Origin: Antedon mediterranea
Lineage: Eukaryota > Animalia > Echinodermata
Length of the DNA: 64,000 nt
Direction of reading: 5' to 3'
Assembly (NCBI RefSeq): GCF_964355755.1
Contig: NC_092679.1
Span: 17,653,432 to 17,717,431 of the forward strand
In this document: one piece after another, positions 63,596-64,000 of the stretch
Numbering within the stretch: the stretch's first letter is position 1
Layout: each line of letters begins with the position of its first letter
Notes under the pieces: model-generated
Told to the model about the DNA's origin: nothing
The model's database searches: none
What the model saw: only the letters and a program-made list of their open reading frames with translations
Program-made: the position numbers and the translations under genes

Positions 63596-64000
63596 ATTAT
63601 GAATCGAATGTTTTAACCGATGTGGGAATAAATCAACGTCAATGTGTTTAAAAGTAGGCCTACTTTAGCTTTCTATCTATCAAGATATCATTTACAGGAA
63701 GGGGATGGGTGGTGGGGTTTATTCATCCTTGACGTCACAACCCATTTGGCACAAAGGAGTATATAGGCCTATAGTAGGCTAACGTGTTCGGATTAATCAG
63801 GCGGTGTGCATTTGAGGTGACCAGTGGAAATGTTTGTTTCTTTAAGGTTCAGTAACGTCAGTTCATCGGATTCACTTGGTCGAATTTTATTTATTTTTTA
63901 ATCGTGCATCCATTCATCAGGGAGATGTTCCTGCATGCATACAGATAAATTGGTTAATTAAAGGATGACTCCAGAGTTTAAAATTTCTATTAAATTATTG

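Overview
AT-rich, intron-containing animal genomic DNA, probably an invertebrate deuterostome such as an echinoderm (inferred from Deu-domain-like SINEs and frequent TAGGCCTA motifs). It is not prokaryotic, and most ORFs in the track are noise or repeat read-through. Splicing by hand gives three gene sets. (1) Four tandem, minus-strand, divergent FGF-family paralogues: A 337-1931 (exon 3 off the left edge, no in-frame ATG), B 17024-19555, C 43579-45269 and D 50057-57027. Each has a signal-peptide-like N-terminus, a phase-1 intron and a 107-nt middle exon. B-D lack the family-invariant 'ECxFxE' cysteine and the GxxxxGxx(T/S) heparan-sulfate-region motif. (2) Two plus-strand Fos/ATF3-family bZIP genes lying inside that FGF array: an ATF3/JDP2-like gene at 27154-34672 and a minimal 114-aa bZIP at 39312-42104, both surrounded by CRE/AP-1 sites. 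(3) The last two exons of an EF-hand protein ending in a CaaX box (61538-62637). The rest is MITEs, Helentron-type non-autonomous elements, tRNA-derived SINEs, LINE remnants, nested TIR elements and minisatellites. The best candidate for an undescribed system is the interleaved FGF + AP-1/ATF cluster.
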